Below, one piece after another: positions 37,088 to 46,586 of a stretch of 64,000 nt of DNA; position 1 is the stretch's first letter; each line of letters opens with the position of its first letter. This stretch comes from a virus. Its lineage: Duplodnaviria > Caudoviricetes. A model generated the notes under the pieces. The model ran no database searches. It was not told the DNA's origin and saw only the letters and a list, made by a program, of their open reading frames with translations. Both the position numbers and the translations under genes were made by a program. The stretch is taken from positions 1 to 64,000 of IMG/VR virus record IMGVR_UViG_3300014167_000003, one strand, 5' to 3'.

Positions 37088-38605
37088 ATGGACGCGGCGC
37101 CGGACGTCGGGGATCTGTACGACAACGGCAACACGCCGCTGACCGACCTGGCGGCCGAGGCGCAGCTGCTCGGCCTGATGCTGCAGACGCCGCAGCGAAT
37201 GACTGAGGTCATCGACATCCTCACCGAACGCGACTTCTTCGACCCGCTGCACCGCCAGTTCTATCTCGGCCTCCACCGCGCCTACCACGACGGCTGCGAG
37301 ATGGTCGACGTCATCAAGATCGACCCGCAGTACGCGTCAAACCTGATGGCACACGCGGAAACGTCGCTCGATCCGGCCGAACTGGCCGACCGCATCCAGC
37401 AGATCGGCGAGCGCCGCGCAATTGGTGGCTCCGACGACGACCGGTTCGGCTCCGAGATCGCCTTCAAGAGCAAGTTCGGCGGCCGGCGCTGGGAGGAGAT
37501 CGGCGACGCCACGACGCCCGGGTATCGCTGGGTGGTCGAGGACGTCATCCCGATGGGCGAGGCCACGCTGATGTTCGGCGATAGCGGCTCCGGCAAGAGC
37601 TTCGTCTCCTTCGACATCGCCATGCACATCGTCCGTGGCCTGCCCTACTACGGCCACAACGTCGAGCCGGGCCTCGTGGTCTACGTCGCCGCCGAGGGCG
37701 CCCTCGGGTTCGCCAAGCGCAAGAAGGCCTACGCGCTGCAGCACCAGCTCGCCGACGACGCCGCCTTCCCGTTCTACCTGATCACCCGCCGGCCCGACTT
37801 CTTCGCCAACGACACCGACACCGCCGCCCTGATCGAGGAGATCCACGCGGTCGCCGCCATGTACAAGGTGCCGCTGATCATGATCGTGCTCGACACCCTG
37901 TCCGCCCTGGCGCCGGGCATGAACGAGAACGCCAGCCAGGACATCTCGGCGGTGCGGCGCCGCATCGTCCGCATCCAGGAAGAGTTCTTCGTCTCCATCC
38001 TCCTCGTCCACCACAAGCCGAAGAACGGGAGCACACCGCGCGGGCACGGGAGCCTCACCGCAGACTTCGAGACCACCATCGAGCTGGAGGTCCTCACCGA
38101 CAAGAAGACCATCGAGGGCAAGGAGGTCTATCGCGCCACCGCCAGGAAGCAGCGCGACGGCAAGCGCGGCATCCACTGGGAGTTCGTGCTGCCGATCTTT
38201 GAGGTCGGGTGCAATAAGTGGGGAAACGCAGAAACGAGCTGCGTGGCGGTGCCGTACAAGTCCGCCGTCACCGACCTCTCCGGCTTCCACGCCAACGCCA
38301 ATGAGCTGCTCTTCCTCCAGGCGCTCTATCGCGCCCTGGACGAGCACGGACAGCCGCCGCCGCACGGCCTGCCGCGCAGCATCACCCGCGCCGTGGAAAT
38401 TAAGCATGTGCGCGTCGCGATGCGCGAGCGCGTGATCGACAAGGACGTCGACCCGGCCGTCGCCGACAACCGCTTTCGTGGCGCGTTCAAGCGGGCCGGC
38501 GACAAGCTGCGCGACGGCGCCGTGATCGGCGTGCAGAGCGGCCTCATCTGGCCCACCGGCAAGCCGGTGCGCGGGTTCAATGCAACGGTGCAGGTGGAGA
38601 CATGA
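37088..38605 (+). CDS. Replicative helicase (DnaB-like N-terminus plus AAA_25/RepA-type ATPase)
   Basis: AEAQLLGLML, FFDPLHR, FGDSGSGKS (Walker A), MIVLDTL, VHHKPK, RGHGSL. Confidence 0.88.
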   Translation: MDAAPDVGDLYDNGNTPLTDLAAEAQLLGLMLQTPQRMTEVIDILTERDFFDPLHRQFYLGLHRAYHDGCEMVDVIKIDPQYASNLMAHAETSLDPAELADRIQQIGERRAIGGSDDDRFGSEIAFKSKFGGRRWEEIGDATTPGYRWVVEDVIPMGEATLMFGDSGSGKSFVSFDIAMHIVRGLPYYGHNVEPGLVVYVAAEGALGFAKRKKAYALQHQLADDAAFPFYLITRRPDFFANDTDTAALIEEIHAVAAMYKVPLIMIVLDTLSALAPGMNENASQDISAVRRRIVRIQEEFFVSILLVHHKPKNGSTPRGHGSLTADFETTIELEVLTDKKTIEGKEVYRATARKQRDGKRGIHWEFVLPIFEVGCNKWGNAETSCVAVPYKSAVTDLSGFHANANELLFLQALYRALDEHGQPPPHGLPRSITRAVEIKHVRVAMRERVIDKDVDPAVADNRFRGAFKRAGDKLRDGAVIGVQSGLIWPTGKPVRGFNATVQVET

Positions 38606-38907
38606 GCCTCAAACCGCAGAACATCATCCAGGCCGCCGAGGCGGATCTCGCGCGCAAGCGCCGCAATGCCGAGCGCGCGAAGAACCACGATCACGAGTAT
38701 GAGCAATACGCGTTCCACCGCGCCCATGTCCGCCGCGCGCGCGACGCGCGCGAGCTGATCCGCCTGGCTCTCATGGACCCGTGGGTGGCGGACGACAGCG
38801 CCAAGGTCAATACGGTGCTCATTTACAGCGACGCGCGGCTCCTGGTGGCGGCGCTACTCTGTGCCGACCGGCGCGAAGAAGCAGCGCCGCTCGCCGCCCA
38901 TCCTTGA
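38602..38907 (+). CDS. Hypothetical protein
   Basis: ATGA-coupled to the helicase. Confidence 0.55.
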   Translation: MSLKPQNIIQAAEADLARKRRNAERAKNHDHEYEQYAFHRAHVRRARDARELIRLALMDPWVADDSAKVNTVLIYSDARLLVAALLCADRREEAAPLAAHP

Positions 38908-39210
38908 CCCGTCGAGACCGCGCATCACGACACCATGGCAGCGCCAGTAGTGGCCATCCTCGCTCGGCGTTGCCTCGCTGTACGGCACCAGCTCGTCATT
39001 GTAGGCGTGGAGGATGAGGCCCTTCGGCGTGGCCTCGACGAGCTTCGGGTCGAGGCGCTCGCAGTCCTGCGGCCCGCAGCAGTGCACGCCGGTCTGTGGT
39101 GAGACGTAGCCGCCATGCGTGATCCAGTTCGGCAGGCCGGTGTCCGGGTCGTGCGCTAGTGCGGCGGTGGCGCAGATAATGAGCATTAAAGAACAGGCGG
39201 CCCGGATCAT
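38854..39210 (-). CDS. Secreted Cys-rich hypothetical protein
   Basis: Signal-peptide-like N-terminus; HCCGPQDC, HYWRC, CFFAP. Confidence 0.6.
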   Translation of the reverse strand: MIRAACSLMLIICATAALAHDPDTGLPNWITHGGYVSPQTGVHCCGPQDCERLDPKLVEATPKGLILHAYNDELVPYSEATPSEDGHYWRCHGVVMRGLDGSRMGGERRCFFAPVGTE

Positions 39211-40196
39211 CCCTTCGCCTCGATGCGCCGGTCCATCATGTTCATTCGGTCGCTGATCGCGTCGAGCCGGGCGGACTGCACCGCCACCTGCCGCATCAGT
39301 TCGCCGATCTTCTTGATCTCTTCCTGGACGTCGCGCATGTCGTGTGCGAGCTGCACGACGCTGTTGTTGAGCCGGAGCAGGACCAGGAGCCCGCCGCCGA
39401 GGATCGAGCTGATCTCGATCAGGTTGCCGAGCGTGATCGACGCCTCGAATGTAAACGCACCGACGTCGCTCATCGCTTCAATATCCTCGCCACGTTCTCG
39501 AACGTGCGTTTGCCGAAGTAGAACGACATCACCAGCCCAGACCACATGCTGACATCGCCTTTGAGCGGCGGCGTGGTGCCGAGTCCAAGCATCGTGTCCC
39601 ACACCACGCACTTGGCGAAGAACACCAGCACGATGTACATCGCCAATTTTTCTGGCTCCCATGGGTGACCAATTTCGGCGACTTTGAGCTGCGTTTGCGC
39701 AGCGATCTCAGCTTGCTGCGCCGCAATTTCTTTGCCCGCCAGGTCCGCCGCGATTTGCGCATCTTGGGTCGTCGCCTTCAGGTGAAGGTTGTACGCGCTG
39801 ATCAGTCCCTGGATGACCGGGCCGCCCAGGAACCCGATGATCGTCATCCACATGCTATTTGCCCAGCGTCCGCACGCGGGCCCAGACGTTGATCGCCATC
39901 ACGCCGACCATGACGTAGCCGACGATCTGCGGCGTCAGGTACTGCTGGATCTGCGCCGTGAGGCTTCCATCGCCGAACAGCTGGCTTGCCTTGTCCAGCA
40001 CCGCGACCATGGCGCCCGCGATGATGACGAGCTTCGACCAGACGATGGTGGCGCTGTCCTTGCCGGCGGCGAGCGTGCGGTCGATGAAGGAGCCCTTCTC
40101 GGTCATCCAGGCGTGCACGAACGTCCAGGCGACCCAGGCGATCACGACGAGCGTGGCGATCAGGAGCGCGATGGAGAGAGCCTTGAAGATCATCAT
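39207..40196 (-). CDS. Three membrane proteins of the lysis cassette (39207-39473, 39470-39853, 39855-40196), holin-like
   Basis: TM segments; directly downstream of the endolysin. Confidence 0.62.
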
Positions 40197-40891
40197 GTCG
40201 TGGTTCCTTTCCTGTGAATGAAGATCGCGGACAGAGCGGCAATGATCTGGGCCCACTCGCTCGCCTTGGCCGGCTGCGGCACAAGCGGCGGGATCGCGGG
40301 CTTCGGCGCCACGGGCGTAAGCGTGACGCCCGTGAAGGTGATGGTCGGGTCGATCTTCATCATCGCCATCAGGAGCCCGGCGCAGCCGAGCTGCTGGTCG
40401 ATCACGGTCGCATCGAAGCGACCGTCGGCGATGAACTTGCCGGTCTTGTACTGATCGGTGCCGGACCACAAATACGGGCTCGGGAGGCCACGCGCGGCGT
40501 AGCCGAGGCCGTTGTACTCTTCGAGCAGCGTGAGCGCGCCGCCAATTGACCAGTCCCTATTGCGCGCGGCGTACGGTGAGCAATTGGTCAGCGCGTCGAG
40601 CGCCGCGTCCTGCCAGCTCTTGAACGGCCCGCGTCCCTTCGGCTCGTGCGTGGAGACCTGATCGTAGCGGTCGCCCTGCGCCAGGTTGGCGTCCCAGCGC
40701 TGGCTCGCCTCGCGCTCGTGGATCACGGCAATGATCGCCCACGGCACGCCGGTCAGCTTCTCGACGGCGAGGTACTGCGGCTTGGCGACATTGTCGGTGA
40801 GATATTTTGCGACGGTCGCGAAGTTGCGGGTCGGCTTGGCGACGGCCCACCGCTTTGCATTCGCGATCTTCAGGGCAGCCATATCGACCAT
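40193..40891 (-). CDS. Lysozyme-family endolysin (COG5526-like)
   Basis: GVPWAIIAVIHEREAS, GRGPFKSW, YNGLGY...PSPYLWSGT. Confidence 0.82.
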   Translation of the reverse strand: MVDMAALKIANAKRWAVAKPTRNFATVAKYLTDNVAKPQYLAVEKLTGVPWAIIAVIHEREASQRWDANLAQGDRYDQVSTHEPKGRGPFKSWQDAALDALTNCSPYAARNRDWSIGGALTLLEEYNGLGYAARGLPSPYLWSGTDQYKTGKFIADGRFDATVIDQQLGCAGLLMAMMKIDPTITFTGVTLTPVAPKPAIPPLVPQPAKASEWAQIIAALSAIFIHRKGTTT

Positions 40892-40949
40892 GGCGAAGGC
40901 CTCACACCGTCAAGATGTGAGCACTACCTCAAACCATGCGGGTTGTCAC

Positions 40950-43900
40950 CTACGCGTAGGGGTTAACAGCGCCGCCGTACGGCCCGACGTCGCCGCCGAC
41001 ACGGTACTTGCGCTTGATGTCGATGAGCTTGTCATTGAACATGACGTAGTTGTGGCTCTCGGGCCTGCTAAGCTCGCGGAGCAGCCCGTTGAGGCGCATA
41101 TAGTCGCCGCTGCCACTCTCCTCGGCCTTCACAAGCTGCCGCCTGACGGCAACGAGCGCCTTCTGGCGGGTGCCATATTCATCGATCACAGGCTTCACGT
41201 CAGCAGCCGGGCGCGACATCTGGTCATCGTAACGCAGGCCCGGGATGCCTTCACGGTCGAGCCCCATCGCAGAGCGCCGGTATCCCTCGCTCTGTGTGGT
41301 CGCCGGCAGGCCAAAACGCGTGTAGATCTGCTGGCCCGTCAGGCTGTCGACATCGGCTTGCTGTAGGCGGCGCTCGTAATTCTCACGCTCGGCATCGTTG
41401 AGCGGGCGCCCAAAACCAACAGGAGACGACGTCCCCCGGCTCAAAATGCGGCTGATCACTTCCCGCTGGTCCTTGACCGACTTCTCCATCAGCGGCGCGG
41501 CCTTGTTCTGGACGTAGCGCGACTGATCCTTGAACCGTGCGTCCCAGTCGAGCAGATGCTCGGGGTCGACGTTCAGGCCGACCTCGTACATCTTGCCGCT
41601 GGGGCCGCCGAGCTTCTGCTCCAGGCGCGGGATCGCCCTGGTAAGATGGTCGATCTGACGCTGCCGGTTCGCAGCGAACATCTCAAGGTCTTCGGGGCTG
41701 TACGTCGATGCGAGCGGCGGGTTTGCGCGCTGGTCCCTTGCCCGCTGCAGGAAATAGTCGCGCTTCTCGGTCTCCTTCTGCAGGTCCTCGAAGAACTTGT
41801 CATAGCTGCCCTTGCTGCGGGAAAGCAGGCGATCATAGTGTTGCTGCGCCAGCCACCGGTCGTTGTCGTCGCCCGAAGTCTTCATGTCCCGGAGCATGGA
41901 CGGCGTGACCCGCTCCCCATCGAGTGTCAGATGAGGCGAGACCGTCTTCTGCAGCGCGTCGCGGTAGCGTTGCGCGACGCCCTCCTTGTCAGCAAAGTAG
42001 AGCCCGTGGCCGTAGACCTGCTGGCCCTCGCCCGAGCCGATCTTCGAGATATCGAACCTGTCGAAGTCGTACGGCGAGCCGTGGTAGGCGGTGATGTCCC
42101 CCTGGCCGGTGTCGTCGCCGGCAGACGGCGGCAGGTCTTCCCGCTGCGTCGGCTCGGTGCCCGTGGCGCCGCCGCCGGCCTTCTTCGGCACCGAGCCGCC
42201 GTGCGACAGCAGCGGCTTCTTGCCCTTGATGAAGTCGTGCAGCACCTTCTCCGGGCGCTCGCCGCGCATCTTTGCGGTGAACAGAACGCGCTCGTTGAAC
42301 ATCTCCGGGAAGGTGTGCGTCGGTGGCGAGCCGAGGCCGGTCATCTTGCCGGCACCGCTCCAGGCAGCGGCCTGTGCGTCGGCCGGCGCCAGGCCGGCCT
42401 TCTTGGCAAGCGAGCGATAGAGCCCTTCGGCTGCGCCGTACTCGTTCTCGTTCGGCTGTGCCGCCCAGAACGCCGGGATCTCTTCCGCCTCCTTCATCGA
42501 GAGCTTGCCACGCTCGACCAGGTGCTGCGGCCGATAGACCACCTTGTCGTCGCCGCTCGGTTCGCCGAAGCGCGCGGCGAGCGTGTCCTTGCCCTCAGCC
42601 CTCGGCCCGACCGTGCGCGTCTCCAGGAAGCGCGGGTCTTGCGTCCGCATGCCGATGTTGCGGAACGCGTGCGTGTCGACGGTGACCGGGACGAGGTTGC
42701 CCTGGAGGTTCTGCGAGAACGACGCGGGCTTCGGGTTCCTGAGCGCGTCCCAGCTGCCTTCGTCGCGCAGCGTCGCGTAGTTCTCACGGTGCTGCTTCTG
42801 GGCGAAGTGCCCGTATGGGTATGGCAGCTTCTCCGGCAGGTCGCGGTCGTTGAGCGCGTGCAGGTACTGATAGCTCGCGTTGCGGATGTTCTCCGGCACC
42901 GCCGAGCGCGGCGACGTCGCGGCAACGTGGTCCATGTACTTCGCGAACGCACGGAGACCGTCTTCGAGCCCGAGCTTCTCGACGAAGGCGCGGCGGATCG
43001 GCTCGGTGTGATACCACTTGTCCGCGCCCATCGCCTTGCCGGCCTCAATGCTCTTCATGATGCCGCGCCGGATCTTCGGGTCATCGAGCGCCGCCTGGAG
43101 CCGCTCCGAGACGCCACGCGGCGGCTCGTACCGCTCCATCGCCTCTTGCGGCACCTGCGGCACCCGGTTCTGCGTGCTCAGGTCGAGCGGGCCGGCGCCC
43201 TTCGGGCCGGCCTTGATCTCGTCGAGCGCCTCCTTCTGCGCCTTGGTGTAGTTCTTGCCATGGATCGGCAGGCCCTGCTCGTCGACCAGGAGCGCGCTGC
43301 CCTTGTGGATGGCCGGCGACGCCACGCGGTCCTCCATCGTCCACTCGGGAAGGAGGCCCATCTTCTGCTTGGCGTAGATCGTGTCCTCGGCATTGGCGGT
43401 GCGGTTGAACTCGCCATGCGGGCCGTAGTTGAGCCAGCTGTTCTGCCCGCGCGTCTCGGTCGTCATCGCGCGCCGCGCCTCGGGCGAGTACATGGCAGCG
43501 TGCGCGCGCCAGGCATTGTCTTCGCCAGGGCCACGGAAGCCGTAGCCGTTCTTCACATGGCCGAAGTAGTCGTGGACGATGCGGAACAGGTCATTGTTGA
43601 GCAGCTCGTGCTCGCCGATCTTCTCGCCGCTCGGCCGCAGCATCGGGTGGTCGGGGTCCGGCACCTCGCCGGGACCGAAGCCCTCGCTGGTCTTGAAGAA
43701 CGCCATATGGTTGTTGTCGGCGACGTCCTTCACGACCTCGCGCGGGTTGGTCTTGTACGGATAGTCAGCGGCACCGGTCGGGGTGATCTTGAGCCCGCTC
43801 TCCTTGATCGCTTGGTACTGCGCCAAGGTCTCGCGGATCAGCGCGTCGTACGCCGCCTTCGTGTCCGGGTCATGCGGCGTGTGTGGCATGTCCTCGAACG

Positions 43901-46586
43901 CCTGCGCAATGTCCTTCGCGTGCTCGACATCAATGGGATGGTACTTGTCCGGCGGCGCCCGGCCGAAGTCCTTGTCGGCCATGTAGCGCTCGGCAACGTC
44001 ATGCGCGGCGCCGACCGGGCCCGGGACGAACGGCTCGCCGTTTATGCTTTGGGCTTTGGTCGGGAGCCCGGGGAGCGGTTGCCGCCCAGCTGCCCGCCGC
44101 TCTGCCTGTAGAGCCGCTTGCTGAAGGCCTTCTCCTCCTCCAGTTGCTCCTGCCAGTCCTCGTCCGACATCCACGCCGGCTTTTTCTTCGGCTCCTGCGG
44201 CGGCGGCTTCTGCATCACCCGTCCCTTTCTTGATCCTGGTTTTGAGGCCCGCACGCAGGGCACCGGCTTCGCCCGGCATCGGCGCCCCGCCGAGCATGAC
44301 CATACCGGAAAGATCCATCGCCGGCTCGATCATTTCTTCAGTTGTGATCGGCTCCCGGCTTTGCAGCGCCCTGCCAGGGATGGCGAGGGTGTTGATCGCG
44401 CGCTTCAAGTAAAGCTTGGCCAGTGGGTTGGCGAACGTCTCGGGCGACATCGCCGCTTGGTCGGCCTCCGACAGTTCGGGGCTCCCGCCATCAGCATAGC
44501 CCTTGGCGGCGTACTTGGCGCGCGCCTTCAGGAACGCATTGTTGCCGGCCGCGCCGCCTGCCGCCTTGCGGATGACGCGACCGCCGCGCTTGCGCGTCAC
44601 GTCTTCGCCACCAACAAGGTACCGCGCGACGGCGTCGCGCTCCGGCCCCTGCAATGTGAAAATGCGCGATGCCTCCTCGCGCACCCGCGCCATCCTGGCT
44701 TCTTTCGCCGCGCGCCGCTGCGAGAGCCCGAACCGCTCGGCGGCGCCGGCCGCCGCGTGGATGCCCGTTTTGACCGGGCTCGTGACGGCACCCGCGACAT
44801 CGGCGAGGCCGATCTTGTCGAACATGCCGGGCTGCACCGTCCAGCGCTTCTGCGCCTCCTGGCGCAGCGCGGTCGGGCTCCCTCCGTGGATGCGCGTCGG
44901 CGCCGTGTGCATGTGGCGCTCATGGTCCATCGCCGTGACCAGCGTCTCGGCGGCCTCGTCGCCGATGGCCCAGCGCAGCTTCTGGATGTTGTTCGGCGAA
45001 AGCACGGTGTTGATGGTGTCGGCCGTCAGCACATCGCGCCGGCCGAGCGAGTTCTCCAAGTAGGAGCGCATGCCGATCCGCATCGCCTTCATCTCGGCGG
45101 GCGAGTAGGCGGCGGTCAGGAACGGCAGTTCCTCCCGGTCGATCTTGCCGGTGAGCACCTCCCTGCCGAACTTCATCGCGTTGATAATGGTGGTTGGCGT
45201 CGCATACTCATTACGCGCCTGCTTCCAGACGTCGCCAACCGCCGGGTGGTTGTCGAGAGCGTCCACGAGCGCGTTCTTGATACCGACATAACGTCGCGCG
45301 GCGTTCATCTCGCCGCCCTTGATCGCCTTGCCGATCATGTCGTCGAGCGCTTCCTTGGCGTACTGGAATGCACTTGCGGTCGGCACCCGCGTCAAGCCGG
45401 GTGGGTCGTTGACATCGAGGAAGCCGTGCGTGAGTGGCTCTCCTTCGATGGTGAGCGACCGGTTGGCCTCACGCAGCGCGCCGCTTGCTTCGAGACGCGG
45501 CATCAGCGCCTCGATCTCCGGCGTCGGCGTAATGACCGTGTTGCGAAACTTCTCATAGAACGGCGCGGCTGCGCGCTGGCGGTCGCCCTCCATGATGCGA
45601 CGCAGTTGTGCGACGTTCTCGTTGACGCCGAACGAACGGTCGAACTGCTGGCGCACGCGCTCGACCGCCTCCAACGCACGTTGCCGCAGCGAACCCATCA
45701 CCTCCAATTTGCCCGGGCCAGGCGGTGCCGCAACGGCGCCCATGTCGGCTTCGAGACTCGGCGTGATCTCACCGAAGAAATGGTGCGCCGACATCTCTTC
45801 GAGGCGCTGGTCGATGGTGTGCGGCGTGAAGCCCTGCTCCTCCATGACCGCGCGCATATGTGCGATGGTCTCCGGCGACATGCCGGCGAGCGGGCCACCC
45901 GCGCCGTTGGCGCTCAGTGCGCGGCGCTGCGGCGGCAGCTCATGCGGAACATCGGTCGGCAGCAGGTCGACACCCGCCTCGGGGCGCACCACCTGGCGCG
46001 GCACCTCGGGCGAGACCGGAGCCGGCGGCGCGCCGGGCGGCGGTGTCGGCGACGGCGCGACCTCCTCCGCGTCACGCCGCAGCACGTCGGGAATATCGCG
46101 GATGTGGCCCGAGAGGCCGGTGATGCCGCGCGTGGCGCTCGGCATCTCGGCCGCGAACGCGTTCGGCATCTCCTGGAGTTCGCCCTGGAGCGTGTCGGCC
46201 GAGGTGCGGCCGATCACCGGCTCCAGCGCGCCGGCACCAAGGCCAGCCAGGCCGCCGATCACGACGCCGGGCTGACGCGCGGTGACATCCGCCGCCTTCG
46301 CGGCGGGCTGCAGCCAATTGAGCCACGGGTAGCGCTTCAGGTTTTCCTGGGAGAACCCGAGGTCGCCCTCCATCGCCTGGTTGGCGCCCTCGTGCATGCG
46401 CGTGCCGATGCCGCGCCGCTCTTCCGGCATATTGTACCGCGTCGTCGGCTCGGCGTGCATCTTGCCGCTGGCGTCCGGCAGCGACAGAAACATCGCGGGC
46501 GGCTGGGTCGGCTCGTGCGACACGACGTCCCAGTCGCCCTTCTTCGGCGCGAGCGGCTCGGTCGATACGACGTCCCAGTCACCCAT
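40950..46586 (-). CDS. Large internal virion (ejection) protein with polyvalent domains
   Basis: 1878 aa; position after tail genes; YHGSP..YGHGLYF, VTVDTHA and HDYFGH segments. Confidence 0.75.
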   Translation of the reverse strand: MGDWDVVSTEPLAPKKGDWDVVSHEPTQPPAMFLSLPDASGKMHAEPTTRYNMPEERRGIGTRMHEGANQAMEGDLGFSQENLKRYPWLNWLQPAAKAADVTARQPGVVIGGLAGLGAGALEPVIGRTSADTLQGELQEMPNAFAAEMPSATRGITGLSGHIRDIPDVLRRDAEEVAPSPTPPPGAPPAPVSPEVPRQVVRPEAGVDLLPTDVPHELPPQRRALSANGAGGPLAGMSPETIAHMRAVMEEQGFTPHTIDQRLEEMSAHHFFGEITPSLEADMGAVAAPPGPGKLEVMGSLRQRALEAVERVRQQFDRSFGVNENVAQLRRIMEGDRQRAAAPFYEKFRNTVITPTPEIEALMPRLEASGALREANRSLTIEGEPLTHGFLDVNDPPGLTRVPTASAFQYAKEALDDMIGKAIKGGEMNAARRYVGIKNALVDALDNHPAVGDVWKQARNEYATPTTIINAMKFGREVLTGKIDREELPFLTAAYSPAEMKAMRIGMRSYLENSLGRRDVLTADTINTVLSPNNIQKLRWAIGDEAAETLVTAMDHERHMHTAPTRIHGGSPTALRQEAQKRWTVQPGMFDKIGLADVAGAVTSPVKTGIHAAAGAAERFGLSQRRAAKEARMARVREEASRIFTLQGPERDAVARYLVGGEDVTRKRGGRVIRKAAGGAAGNNAFLKARAKYAAKGYADGGSPELSEADQAAMSPETFANPLAKLYLKRAINTLAIPGRALQSREPITTEEMIEPAMDLSGMVMLGGAPMPGEAGALRAGLKTRIKKGTGDAEAAAAGAEEKAGVDVGRGLAGATGGGEGLQQAALQAERRAAGRQPLPGLPTKAQSINGEPFVPGPVGAAHDVAERYMADKDFGRAPPDKYHPIDVEHAKDIAQAFEDMPHTPHDPDTKAAYDALIRETLAQYQAIKESGLKITPTGAADYPYKTNPREVVKDVADNNHMAFFKTSEGFGPGEVPDPDHPMLRPSGEKIGEHELLNNDLFRIVHDYFGHVKNGYGFRGPGEDNAWRAHAAMYSPEARRAMTTETRGQNSWLNYGPHGEFNRTANAEDTIYAKQKMGLLPEWTMEDRVASPAIHKGSALLVDEQGLPIHGKNYTKAQKEALDEIKAGPKGAGPLDLSTQNRVPQVPQEAMERYEPPRGVSERLQAALDDPKIRRGIMKSIEAGKAMGADKWYHTEPIRRAFVEKLGLEDGLRAFAKYMDHVAATSPRSAVPENIRNASYQYLHALNDRDLPEKLPYPYGHFAQKQHRENYATLRDEGSWDALRNPKPASFSQNLQGNLVPVTVDTHAFRNIGMRTQDPRFLETRTVGPRAEGKDTLAARFGEPSGDDKVVYRPQHLVERGKLSMKEAEEIPAFWAAQPNENEYGAAEGLYRSLAKKAGLAPADAQAAAWSGAGKMTGLGSPPTHTFPEMFNERVLFTAKMRGERPEKVLHDFIKGKKPLLSHGGSVPKKAGGGATGTEPTQREDLPPSAGDDTGQGDITAYHGSPYDFDRFDISKIGSGEGQQVYGHGLYFADKEGVAQRYRDALQKTVSPHLTLDGERVTPSMLRDMKTSGDDNDRWLAQQHYDRLLSRSKGSYDKFFEDLQKETEKRDYFLQRARDQRANPPLASTYSPEDLEMFAANRQRQIDHLTRAIPRLEQKLGGPSGKMYEVGLNVDPEHLLDWDARFKDQSRYVQNKAAPLMEKSVKDQREVISRILSRGTSSPVGFGRPLNDAERENYERRLQQADVDSLTGQQIYTRFGLPATTQSEGYRRSAMGLDREGIPGLRYDDQMSRPAADVKPVIDEYGTRQKALVAVRRQLVKAEESGSGDYMRLNGLLRELSRPESHNYVMFNDKLIDIKRKYRVGGDVGPYGGAVNPYA

